Assembly: GCA_963791045.1 (NCBI GenBank)
Contig: CAWBQK010000011.1
Span: 64,001-128,000, forward strand
From: Candidatus Latescibacterota bacterium
GTDB lineage: Bacteria > Krumholzibacteriota > Krumholzibacteriia > WVZY01
Direction: 5' to 3'
Length of the DNA: 64,000 nucleotides
This document shows positions 50,198 through 59,574 of this stretch, one piece after another. The notes under the pieces are model-generated. The model had not been told where the DNA came from. It did not search any database and was given only the letters and a program-made list of their open reading frames with translations. The position numbers and the translations under genes are program-made. How positions within the stretch are numbered: the first letter of the stretch is position 1; the number at the start of each line of letters is the position of its first letter.

Positions 50198-50902
50198 ATG
50201 CGACGATTCGCCGTGACTTTGATTCTTGTCGTATGGGTTGGTTCAGCGGCCGCGAGTGACCTGACTTGTGTCATGCCTTTTTCGTTGGTTGATCGCTGGA
50301 CGGACGCCAACGGCAACGCGATGTACGATGATGGAGAAGCGTACGATCCATTGCTGACGGGTTTTGTCGCGCCCGCTGATGCGGGACTCTCCCTGACGCT
50401 CACGGCCTCGATTCCGCAACAGGCTCTTATCGCACAGGCCTATTTTCTGGTTGCGTTGCCCCCGCTTGGACAGGGAACTCCGCCGCAGACGGGTGAGACC
50501 TGGCTGCGCAGGTGGGTATCCGAGTGCGCTCCCTACGGTGTTTCGAGTGGGGACAGTTTGTTGATTGATCCCGGCAAGCTCTTTCCGGCGTTGCTCGAAG
50601 AGTTGAACGAGTTGATCGCGGCCGACCTGAACGCGTACTGGGATGACGAAACCAATACTGTCAAGGGCTCTGCGTTCAACGTAACGCCGCGACTGCTCGC
50701 CGTCTCATGCTTTGATCCGCGTTATCCACCGACATCCGGCGAGCAGTATGCCGTGGTGACGAAGATCGCCGTTGTGTTTCTGGAGTCGACCACGGGACCG
50801 ACGGCAGTGCGAGTTCGTTTTGTTGACAACGCAACCGAGACCGTGGCAACCAGACCCACCACCTGGGGTCGGATCAAGAGCAAGTATGGCGGGCGAGAAT
50901 AG
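50198..50902 (+). CDS. Secreted TadG-like domain protein with C-terminal TWGRIKSKY tail
   Basis: Signal peptide; PF...DRW.DANGN..YD.GE.YDP..TG, LIA.D.NAYWD, PR...V..FDP, VTKIA..F.E; ends VATRPTTWGRIKSKY. Confidence 0.8.
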   Translation: MRRFAVTLILVVWVGSAAASDLTCVMPFSLVDRWTDANGNAMYDDGEAYDPLLTGFVAPADAGLSLTLTASIPQQALIAQAYFLVALPPLGQGTPPQTGETWLRRWVSECAPYGVSSGDSLLIDPGKLFPALLEELNELIAADLNAYWDDETNTVKGSAFNVTPRLLAVSCFDPRYPPTSGEQYAVVTKIAVVFLESTTGPTAVRVRFVDNATETVATRPTTWGRIKSKYGGRE

Positions 50903-51045
50903 ACTTGCAGTGTCTCCCCGGTCTCCTTCATGAAGACACGCACCGCCGCCGGTTTGATCCTTTGCAGTCTTTGGTTCGGGATGTCGGCGCCGCGTCGGTT
51001 CTTGGAAAGCGTCTCGAACGTCTCAAAATGTCGGGGAGGTCGGTA

Positions 51046-51654
51046 ATGACAAAGAAACACTATGCAATAATTATCGCGGTGGGAGTGTTGGTTGCCGTCG
51101 GCTCGTTCTGGCCGATTCAGATGAGGGCGGTGGATAGCGCGGTTGCCGGGGAAAAGGACAAAAAAGAAACCGGCGAGAAGGAAATCAAAACGGGCCTGGT
51201 CGTGGAAAAGATTGCCGTGAGTAACGCCAAGGGGGTCGACATTAATGAAGCAAAGGTGATTCCGAAGATAATCAAGTTCGATCCGCCAAAGTACCCCGAG
51301 CTGGCGAAGGTTCGTGTTGCAGAGGGAACGGCGACTTTGAATATGCTGATCAATCCCGAGGGCAGGATCGACTCGATGACGGTCACGGTCGAATCAGACG
51401 AGGAATTACAAAAACCGTTCGAAGAAGCAATACTTGCCACGCGGGAAAGCTGGCTTTTCGAACCGGCCAGGGATGAAGACGGTAATCCTGTCCCCTCGTG
51501 GGCCCAAACGAAGATCAAATTCAGGCTAAACGGCGCGGGCGATGGTACGCCTCCGCCGCCCCCGAAGGCGGAAAAGCCACCTAAGGCGCCTAAAGCTGAA
51601 GCCGATCCGCCGCCGCCTCCGCCAAAGACGGAGAAAACGTCGGACGACTCCTGA
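51046..51654 (+). CDS. TonB C-terminal domain protein with Pro/Lys-rich tail, preceded in frame by an M56 peptidase remnant
   Basis: N-terminal TM; P.YPELA....EG...L...I..EG.I, W.FEPA...G.PV......I.F.L; RBS ggagg. Confidence 0.85.
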   Translation: MTKKHYAIIIAVGVLVAVGSFWPIQMRAVDSAVAGEKDKKETGEKEIKTGLVVEKIAVSNAKGVDINEAKVIPKIIKFDPPKYPELAKVRVAEGTATLNMLINPEGRIDSMTVTVESDEELQKPFEEAILATRESWLFEPARDEDGNPVPSWAQTKIKFRLNGAGDGTPPPPPKAEKPPKAPKAEADPPPPPPKTEKTSDDS

Positions 51655-51693
51655 GTTCAACCGGTGGAACGAGAGCGATGTGGGAGGACCCGC

Positions 51694-51963
51694 TTACGCT
51701 TTATTGGTAAACCACATGTCGGGGGCGCCCGTCACGCCGGCGCTCTCCATGACTTCCTTCAGTCTGGGGCTTCCGACAAACGCCTTGGCGGCGTCCATGC
51801 TGCCGAACTCGTGGTAGAGCGTGACTTCGTTTGGATTCTCCTCGGCCTGGAAAACACCGTGAGCGGTGACACCCATGGTCTCGCGCTCGGCGTCAAAAGC
51901 GTCATACGCCGCTTTCCATGTGCCGAAATCCTTCACTTCGTGCCGGACAAATAGTATGGCCAT
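51694..51963 (-). CDS. Small dimeric alpha/beta-barrel (ABM/cyclase-like) protein
   Basis: LFVRH.V.DF..WK..YD, NPNEV..YHEF...AKAF..SP.LKE.M..AGV.G.P; RBS aaggag. Confidence 0.85.
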   Translation of the reverse strand: MAILFVRHEVKDFGTWKAAYDAFDAERETMGVTAHGVFQAEENPNEVTLYHEFGSMDAAKAFVGSPRLKEVMESAGVTGAPDMWFTNKA

Positions 51964-52091
51964 CTCTTAACTCTCCTTAGAATATTCACTTCCGGAGGCG
52001 CCGTGCCTCGCTTGACAGTGAATTATGTGATGGGGGGCATCTGATTCCCCAAAACTCCCCAACGCCTGTTATTGACTAAATAACGTTCAAG

Positions 52092-52109
52092 AATTGACAT
52101 TTGTCAATT
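52092..52109. promoter_or_regulatory. 18-bp palindrome AATTGACATTTGTCAATT (second copy)
   Basis: Identical to 24385-24402; lies between divergent genes. Confidence 0.65.
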
Positions 52110-52370
52110 AGTTATCCCTAACTTTTGGCTCGCAACGGCTCGAGAGTGAATCCTCACTCACGAACGGATCGAGCTCGTGATCTCTTTGGCGCCAGAGGGA
52201 GGGCGTCAGACCGTCGGGCGTTTTCTTATTTATTTTTACCCACTTGCGGGTCCGCAATTTGTTAATATTATATAGGAAGGATCAGGCGGGCCCCGAGAGC
52301 CGGGGCATATTAACCCCAACGAGGGGGTGCGTTACGAGAAAACACGTTCGAAGCCGGAGGATGTTCATAA

Positions 52371-53663
52371 GTGGTTAAGGAGCAAAAGTTTGCCCCTCAT
52401 GACAAGCTCGTTGAGAGGGCCTATCTGGTTGGCGTAAGTCTGCCGGACAGCTCGATCACAAAGGAAAACGAGCATCTCGATGAGCTTGCCCAGTTGGCGA
52501 CGACCGCCGGCGCCGTGATTGTTGGTCGAACGGTTCAGGGGCGGACGCGGATCGACGGGGCGACTTTTATCGGAAGCGGCAAGGTCAAGGAGCTGAAGGA
52601 AGAGTGCGAAAAGCTCGAGGTCAATCTCGTCGTGCTCGACAGCGACCTCTCTCCTGCGCAGGCGAGAAACCTGGAAAAGACACTCGAGATCAATGTAATC
52701 GACCGGACCGAGCTCATCCTCGACATCTTCGCGCGGCACGCCAAGACCCAGCAATCCAAGACCCAGGTCGAACTCGCCCAGTTGAACTACGCGCTTCCCA
52801 GGTTGACGAAGCTTTGGGACCATCTCTCCCGCCAGCAGGGTGGTATAGGGACACGCGGCCCCGGTGAAACTCAGCTCGAAGTCGACCGCCGCCGTATCCA
52901 CGAACGGATCGCCCGCCTCAAGCGACAGCTGAGTAAATTTCAGCAGCGAAAAGACGTTCTGCGTCGGTCGCGTGACGGCATGCCCGTTGTCGCGATGGTC
53001 GGCTATACGAACACGGGCAAATCGACTCTGATGAATGCGATGACCGGCGCGGAGACGCTGGCCGAGAACCAGCTCTTCGCGACACTCGATACGCTCACAC
53101 GCAAAATCGAAAACAATAACAACACATCGATCCTTCTCGTCGACACGGTCGGATTTATCCGCAAACTCCCGCACCACCTGGTGGAGAGTTTCAAGGTAAC
53201 CCTCGGAGACATCGCTCGCGCGGATCTCTGGCTGCATATTGTCGACGCCTCGCACGCTGCTTTCACTGAACAAATGATCGTCACCGACCAGACCCTTCAA
53301 TCAATAAAAGACACCGAAGTCGATACGCTCTACGTGTTCAACAAAACCGACCAGGTGGATTCCGACACGCTTATCGGTCTCGAGCGAAGGTATCCGGATG
53401 CGGTGTTTATTTCGGCGAAGACAGGAGACGGGCTCTTCCTGCTCGAGAAGCGAATCCACGAGTTGCTTCTTGGAAAGAACATACGCGTCGAAGTGAAGGT
53501 TCCCGCGACCGACGGCAAAAAGATCGCGATGATAAAGAGTCTTTTGAAGAATTCAGAGGATGTCATCGAGAACGGCTACTATATTGTGGCTGGAACCATC
53601 GAGAGTAAAACGACCGCTGACCTCGAGCGCATCTCCGGCGTGCATGTCCGCTACTTGCTCTGA
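52371..53663 (+). CDS. hflX: GTPase HflX
   Basis: IDRTELILDIFA.HA, GGIGTRGPGETQLE.DRR, VGYTNTGKSTL, LFATLD, DTVGFI, NK.D, ISA. Confidence 0.97.
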   Translation: MVKEQKFAPHDKLVERAYLVGVSLPDSSITKENEHLDELAQLATTAGAVIVGRTVQGRTRIDGATFIGSGKVKELKEECEKLEVNLVVLDSDLSPAQARNLEKTLEINVIDRTELILDIFARHAKTQQSKTQVELAQLNYALPRLTKLWDHLSRQQGGIGTRGPGETQLEVDRRRIHERIARLKRQLSKFQQRKDVLRRSRDGMPVVAMVGYTNTGKSTLMNAMTGAETLAENQLFATLDTLTRKIENNNNTSILLVDTVGFIRKLPHHLVESFKVTLGDIARADLWLHIVDASHAAFTEQMIVTDQTLQSIKDTEVDTLYVFNKTDQVDSDTLIGLERRYPDAVFISAKTGDGLFLLEKRIHELLLGKNIRVEVKVPATDGKKIAMIKSLLKNSEDVIENGYYIVAGTIESKTTADLERISGVHVRYLL

Positions 53664-54970
53664 CCCTGTTTGTCTTCTCCGGAACCACTTTCAACTTTTT
53701 TGTTGGCCGCCTCGTACTCGGCGACGAGGTCGATTCTCATCCCTATGATCTTGGGCGACGCGGAGAGCTGTTCGTAGTTCCGGTCGAGATGAACGATGAT
53801 GAACTGCGCCAGGAAAACAAAGAAGAGGGGCGCCAGGTAGGGGAGGAAGCGACGCCACTGTCGTTGGTATAAGAGGCGTGAGGCCAGGACCGTGCCCGAG
53901 GAGAGAATCATAATAAAACCGACGGACACAAGGTAGAGATAGCGGATGTTGAGCCAGTCATCGGGAAAGTCAAAAAAGCAAAATGGAAGAACCGTGATAT
54001 ACGTCCACGCGATAAAGAACCGAATAGTCCGGTTTCCAAAAACAAAACCAAAGACGCTGTAAGACAGAATACATAAAAACGTTATGAGACGGATTTCGGT
54101 AGCCATTCGATAGACGAACTGGACAATCGGTCCGGAACCGGAGACCAGTTCGGTGCCGTGGATGGGAAACACCATCCGTACGAGGTAGCTCCCAAAAATA
54201 CGGAAGATTCTGAAGCTCAAGAAAGCAAAGTCTTCCTGCCCGGAGAGATCGGGGACGAAGCTTAGCTTTGCCGCAAGCGCGGCGAAGGCGACGACCGCGA
54301 CGACAAGAAACGACCTGTTGAAAATCGGTTTTTTGGTCTCCGCGCGGAAGAAGAAATGAAAGGCGAGCATGCACCCAAGAATACTGAACGACGTCGCCTT
54401 GGTGAGCATGCTGAGGACAAAGAACGCGAGGGATCCCAAAAACCAGATCGAACGGATTCGCCCCCCTTTTTCCAGCTCGTTTTTGAAATACAACAGCAGC
54501 GTCATCAGCGTGAGATTGGTGATGAGAAGGTCCCCAATCCCGGAGACGACCATCACCGCCTTGCCGTAATTTCCCACAGCGCAGGCGAAGAGGATCGCGG
54601 AGAGCAAAGCGATCGCCTTGTCCCTTATCAGCGTAATCACAAGAAAATAAACAAGAAACGCATTAATCGAATGAATGAGAATGTTAAAAAGATAGTATTT
54701 TTTGGCGTGGAGCCCGAAGAGCTTGTATTCGACGTAGAAGACTAACTTCACAAGCGGCTGAAAGGGCTGAAAGGGCGCCGACTCGAAGAGGCTTTCCCAT
54801 GAATTGTCGACTTCGATCGATTCTTTGAGGAGAAGAAAATCGCCGGAATGCCAGAACGTATTATCGCGGACGAGCGAAAAGAAGGTGAGACTAATAATGA
54901 GCAGAAGCCCGAATAGGAGAATTTTGTTTCGCACAGAGTGAAGACCTCGGCCGATTCCCCCGGAAGACAT
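53651..54970 (-). CDS. GT-C fold (GT39/PMT-like) multi-TM membrane protein
   Basis: F..DF loop, F.PL, N...H..NA.LV..L, LSMLTK, RYLY.....GF. The 5' extension in the ORF track is antisense to mqnA. Confidence 0.7.
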   Translation of the reverse strand: MSSGGIGRGLHSVRNKILLFGLLLIISLTFFSLVRDNTFWHSGDFLLLKESIEVDNSWESLFESAPFQPFQPLVKLVFYVEYKLFGLHAKKYYLFNILIHSINAFLVYFLVITLIRDKAIALLSAILFACAVGNYGKAVMVVSGIGDLLITNLTLMTLLLYFKNELEKGGRIRSIWFLGSLAFFVLSMLTKATSFSILGCMLAFHFFFRAETKKPIFNRSFLVVAVVAFAALAAKLSFVPDLSGQEDFAFLSFRIFRIFGSYLVRMVFPIHGTELVSGSGPIVQFVYRMATEIRLITFLCILSYSVFGFVFGNRTIRFFIAWTYITVLPFCFFDFPDDWLNIRYLYLVSVGFIMILSSGTVLASRLLYQRQWRRFLPYLAPLFFVFLAQFIIVHLDRNYEQLSASPKIIGMRIDLVAEYEAANKKVESGSGEDKQGQSK

Positions 54971-55255
54971 GTTTAACCCCCGTTTCGTCAACGCTAAGCA
55001 AGTGATAGAAGAATTCGGCGTCCATGTCCAGAAAAATGTTAGACATCCAAAAGTCACGACAATCGTGAGCCACGAAGGCAGGTCGGGGCACGTTAATTGC
55101 AAAACAAGAGAATAGTTCTTGCAAGAATTTCGAGTTGAATGATATAAGAAGCGCGTCGGTTGTCCGCCGCATACCGGGCAACGGATATCGCCGTAAAAAC
55201 ACAGCTTGCGTGTCTCCATGGGTCCGAATGGCAATCTTCGAAAGGTGCTGTCACG

Positions 55256-56071
55256 GTGAGTAAGATTCGAATCGGTGTACCTCAACATCTGGCCGCACGG
55301 CCGCTCATCTTTGGCCTTGCCCAACACTCCGATGATAGTGTCACCCTCTCTTACGACGAGCCGGGGGCGTTGGCTCTGTCGCTCGAAAGAAGAGAAATCG
55401 ACGCGGCGTTGATCCCGAGTATCGAGTATTTGAGAGGTGTTGGCAGGTTCTCCGTCCCGGGACCGGCACTGGTGGCCACCGGGCCGACAAAAAACCTCCT
55501 TCTCATTTCGAACAAGCCTCTTGCGCGGGTTCGACGCGTCGCGGTGGATGATTTCAGCCGTACCCCGCTCGTCGCGCTCCGGGTCGTCCTGGACAAACTC
55601 TACGGGATCCTTCCCGATATCTGTGTCTTGAAGAGGAAGCCGCAGGCCTCCTGTGACTGGTGCGAGGAGTTCGACGCACTGCTTCTCACGGGCGACGAGG
55701 GTCTCCACTATTGCTCGCGCGAGTTGACCGCGGATGAAACCTGTCACGATATAGGAGAGCTGTGGAGGGCGCTGTATTCGAAGCCGCTCGTGCTGTCGCT
55801 GTGGGCGTACAATGACGAGCGTCTGGGAAAGCAGTTGGAAGCCATCCTGAATGCGTCGAAGAATTACGGCGTGACACACCTCTCAACGATTTCCAGAAAT
55901 CTGGCGGAGACGTCATCCTTCGACGGGGAGTCCCTTCGCCGGTACTTTGAGGCGGGATTTGGTTTTAATTTGGGTGTGGACGAGGAGGAAGCGCTTCTGT
56001 GTCTCCAGGACGCGGCGTGTGAGTATCAACTCCTGCAAAGCCGTCGCCTGGACAAAGTTCTGGTGGGGTAA
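55256..56071 (+). CDS. mqnA: MqnA/MqnD-family protein (chorismate dehydratase-like, divergent)
   Basis: RIG....L..RPL..GL, D.P..LA..L....ID.ALIPSIEY, SRT...L, A.LL.GD, DIGE.W......P.V...W. Confidence 0.75.
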   Translation: MSKIRIGVPQHLAARPLIFGLAQHSDDSVTLSYDEPGALALSLERREIDAALIPSIEYLRGVGRFSVPGPALVATGPTKNLLLISNKPLARVRRVAVDDFSRTPLVALRVVLDKLYGILPDICVLKRKPQASCDWCEEFDALLLTGDEGLHYCSRELTADETCHDIGELWRALYSKPLVLSLWAYNDERLGKQLEAILNASKNYGVTHLSTISRNLAETSSFDGESLRRYFEAGFGFNLGVDEEEALLCLQDAACEYQLLQSRRLDKVLVG

Positions 56072-56109
56072 TCGCCGCTTGTGTCGGCTACCCGCCGCTA
56101 CCGCTTTTT

Positions 56110-56137
56110 ACGCCGGCCTCGAGCCGGCGTTTTTCTT
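56110..56137 (+). terminator. Rho-independent terminator
   Basis: acgccggc-ctcga-gccggcgt followed by T tract. Confidence 0.7.
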
Positions 56138-56269
56138 GTCCGAGGGCCCAGTCGTGTATAGATCGTATCCGCATGATTCAAACGGTTGTAATCGTGGCCC
56201 TTGTCGGTTTATTATTCCACGACACCGAGGTCCGGACTTCAGTTCAGTCGACTCAAGGGTAGCCGATAC

Positions 56270-57923
56270 ATGGTCAAAAAGAAACCGGTATCCAGAAAAC
56301 AGCCGCAGCAAGGCGTGCAGGCGGCGAGATCGACTTCGGCCGATCGTTCAATCACCATCCTGGCCGCCGCCCTCGTCGTCTTCATCATTTCATGCCTCCT
56401 CATGATGCCGTTTGTCCCCGAGGACTCTTATATCTCGTTCAGGTACGCCGAGCATTTCGCCGATGGCGAAGGATTGACCTTCAGCCGTGGTGAGACGGCC
56501 GTCGAGGGGTACAGTAACTTCCTGTGGCTCGTCGTGTGCGGGATCATCTACAAAATGGGTTTCCATTTGCCGACGGCAACGCCGTATGTCGGCATGATTC
56601 TCGGGATACTCAACCTCATCATGCTGTGGTTTCTCTTCAAGCGCCGCGAAATCCCGCCGCTCCAGATGATGCTTCCGCTTCTCGTCTTTGCCACGTCGGG
56701 CCCCTTTGTGATGTACGCCGTGTCGGGGATGGAGATGACGCTGTTCTCGCTTCTCCTCTTGTCGATGATATTTTGGGCCGAAGAATATATGGGCAAGACA
56801 TCGCTAACCGGGCTGGCGGGGTTGACGGTTGCGGGGCTTCTTTTGGCGTTGTGCCGGCCGGAGGGCGTGATTCTTCTGCCCATCGCAGCGGCGTTTATTT
56901 TCTGGAAATCACGTCACACCCCCGGGCAAAAAAAGGTATTCAACCATCTCATAATTGTCGGAGCGGTGTTCGCCATTTGTATGGTGGTGTATCACCTGTG
57001 GCGTTACAGCTATTTCAACGAGTGGCTTCCTCCTCCTCTTTTGTCAAAGGGTGGTGGCGGTCGCAGCGTTTTCTTCGCGTGGAAAAGAAACCTCGTAATT
57101 TTCTTTTATACAAAGGGACACACGTTCCCGCCCGGTCGGTTACTACTTCACCGTTCTCTCGATGTTTGCCGCGCTTGGTGTATGGCGGTCACGGGCGAAG
57201 GAAGCACTCCGGGATGCCGAACAACTTTCACTCGTCATCATCCTCGTTTTGATGATGGTGTACTCGGTCTTTATCGACTGGATGCCCGGCGGACGTTATC
57301 AGTCGGTTCTCGTCGGGTTGCTGCTCCTGCCCGCCGTCCACGTCCAGTGGGTGTTCCCCGACTTTTTACGCCGCGCCGAATCCCGGCGAAGTCTTTTTCG
57401 CTACTGGGCCGTGGCGGCGATCGTGCTTCTGTTGAGCTACTCGGTTTTTGCGAATCTCAAAGTAATCGGCAAAAAACTCGAAGTGGGCAACCAGGAGTGC
57501 TTGATCCCCCTGGGGCATTGGCTTCGTGACGTGATGCCGAGCGGGTCTCTTCTTGCGATGAGCGATGTGGGCGCGGTTCCGTACTATTCACGGCTCCGGA
57601 CTGTAGATATCCATGTGGAATCACTTACCGACCTCGAGATCGCCAAAAACGGTTTCTCGATCGACTACGTTCTCGCGCAACGCCCCGACGTCGTTGTGTT
57701 GTCCGCACGGAGCATCTACTCGGTCAAGATGGACCCCAATCACTACTCGCTCTACAAGCATCCGGGTTTTGGCGGGATGTTCCGTTTTGTGGGGACGGTG
57801 CGGTATATCTGGTATGAGGATCGGTGTTACTGGGTGTTTGTACGAAGAGACATGGCGTTGACAAAGAGCCAGATCGAAGCGTTTCCCCATGGGATAGGCA
57901 CCATGCGCAGGTTGGAGAGTTAG
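56270..57923 (+). CDS. GT-C glycosyltransferase-like (AftB/arabinofuranosyltransferase-like) membrane protein; frameshift near 57132
   Basis: EDSYISFRYA, VEGYSNFLW, SGME, RPEG, DWMP..RY, D.GA.PYY; ORFs 56201-57529 and 57162-57923. Confidence 0.8.
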
Positions 57924-57926
57924 TCC

Positions 57927-59570
57927 ATGATGACAACGGATGTTCAAACAAAAAATGTTAACGGCAATTCGATTGTTGGGTTCGCCGCGGTTATCGTTGC
58001 GGCCGTCGTCCTCTTTGTCGTCTGCGCCATGATTGTGATGCCGTTTGTTCCCGACGATTCATATGTCACTTTTCGATATGCCGAACGGCTTGTCCAGGGG
58101 AACGGGTTTGCCTACAACACCGGTGGAACACCGGTCGAGGGATACAGCAATTTTCTCTGGGTGATGGCTGCCGCCGCCGCCCACAAGAACGGAATGAATC
58201 TGCCGACGGCGATGCCGTGGATCGGTGTGCTGCTCGGGGCGTTGAACGTGCTTCTTCTTGCCGCGATATTTCGCCGCGGCGGTTTTGATTGGAAGCAGTC
58301 GGTCGTCCCGCTTCTTCTGTTTGCCAGCGCCGGCCCTCTCGTCACATGGGCGGGGAGCGGGCTGGAGACGCCGCTGTACTCGTTTATCCTCCTGTTGTCG
58401 ATCATGTGTTTTGACGGGGTGGCGACACGGGGAAGTATTTTCTGGTACATCGCGCTTGGTGTTGCCGGAATCCTCGCCGCACTTTGCCGGCCAGAAGGAG
58501 TCCTCGTTTTTCCCGCGCTCGTGTTGATGCTGGCCCTGGTGCGCGGGGGAAGCGGCGGTGGGGCCGTGTATTCGCTTCCGCGCCGAACGGGGATGACGAT
58601 ATCGGTTGCAGTTTTTCTTGTCGGGGTAATCGCATATACGGTGTGGCGCGTCGGTTATTTCGGCGAGTTGGTGCCTGCGTCTTTCGGCTCACGTTTCGGA
58701 GTCGATGGTTCGCTCCCCCGGGTGTGGCTCGTCAATTTCCTCGCATACTTCTATCTGCACGGCAACGACTTCATGCCCTCGGGACCCTACTACCTGGCGT
58801 TGTTCATCGCGGCGATTATTGGACTCACGGTGACTCGTTCCGATGTGAACCGGCGGCGAACCGAAATGGCGGCGTTGTACCTGGCCGCGGCCTATGCGGT
58901 TCTCTATTTCAACTTTATGGATCCCATGCCCGGCATGCGTTACCATGCGCCGCTAATCGGCCTGCTCTTTATTCCCGCCATACACGTCCAGGCCGGTATC
59001 GTGGAAATCCTGAAAAGAGAGGGGGGGCGCCGTCGGTGGATCAATTTTGCCGCCGGAGCTCTTGCCGTTCTCCTTATTGGTTTCTCATGGATCGCGAGTA
59101 TCAAAATGGGAACGACGCGTGTCGAAGAGGGAAACCAGGAATGTTCGGTGGCCCTCGGCGAATGGCTAAAAGAAGTAATGGAGCCCGACACGCGGCTTGC
59201 GATCAGTGACGTGGGCATCGTTCCCTATTACACGGAATTCAACACGCTCGACATTGCTTTGAGGCCGGTGACAAACAAGAGAGCCCCCGATGCCGCGGTG
59301 TCCGACAAGTGGTTCTTTGACTGGTCTCCGCGGATTGTCATCTTTATCTTTGACGGCATGTTCCGCGCGAATCCCGATCCGAAGTACCGCCGCTTGATAG
59401 AGTCACAACCGTTCCAGGATGGGTATCGTCTCTTTGCCGTTCTTCGTCATGACTGGTATAAAGATCGAAGTTACTGGATCTATATTCCGCAGGATCTGCC
59501 GCCGTTTGACAAATCCGCCATCGAAAGTATGCCGATGGGGATCGGTAGTGTCGGACGGATCAACAAATAG
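57927..59570 (+). CDS. Tandem paralog GT-C glycosyltransferase-like membrane protein
   Basis: DDSYVTFRYA, VEGYSNFLW, SGLETP, RPEG, DPMPGMRY, SDVGIVPYY. Confidence 0.85.
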   Translation: MMTTDVQTKNVNGNSIVGFAAVIVAAVVLFVVCAMIVMPFVPDDSYVTFRYAERLVQGNGFAYNTGGTPVEGYSNFLWVMAAAAAHKNGMNLPTAMPWIGVLLGALNVLLLAAIFRRGGFDWKQSVVPLLLFASAGPLVTWAGSGLETPLYSFILLLSIMCFDGVATRGSIFWYIALGVAGILAALCRPEGVLVFPALVLMLALVRGGSGGGAVYSLPRRTGMTISVAVFLVGVIAYTVWRVGYFGELVPASFGSRFGVDGSLPRVWLVNFLAYFYLHGNDFMPSGPYYLALFIAAIIGLTVTRSDVNRRRTEMAALYLAAAYAVLYFNFMDPMPGMRYHAPLIGLLFIPAIHVQAGIVEILKREGGRRRWINFAAGALAVLLIGFSWIASIKMGTTRVEEGNQECSVALGEWLKEVMEPDTRLAISDVGIVPYYTEFNTLDIALRPVTNKRAPDAAVSDKWFFDWSPRIVIFIFDGMFRANPDPKYRRLIESQPFQDGYRLFAVLRHDWYKDRSYWIYIPQDLPPFDKSAIESMPMGIGSVGRINK

Positions 59571-59574
59571 ACCG

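Noticed and set aside
44500-52000. Possible integron cassette array
   Set aside because: Mixed gene orientations, no recognisable attC sites and no integrase.
54971-55879. N-terminal 300 aa of the 742-aa ORF 53651-55879
   Set aside because: Antisense shadow of mqnA; the hydrophobic protein starts at ATG 54970.
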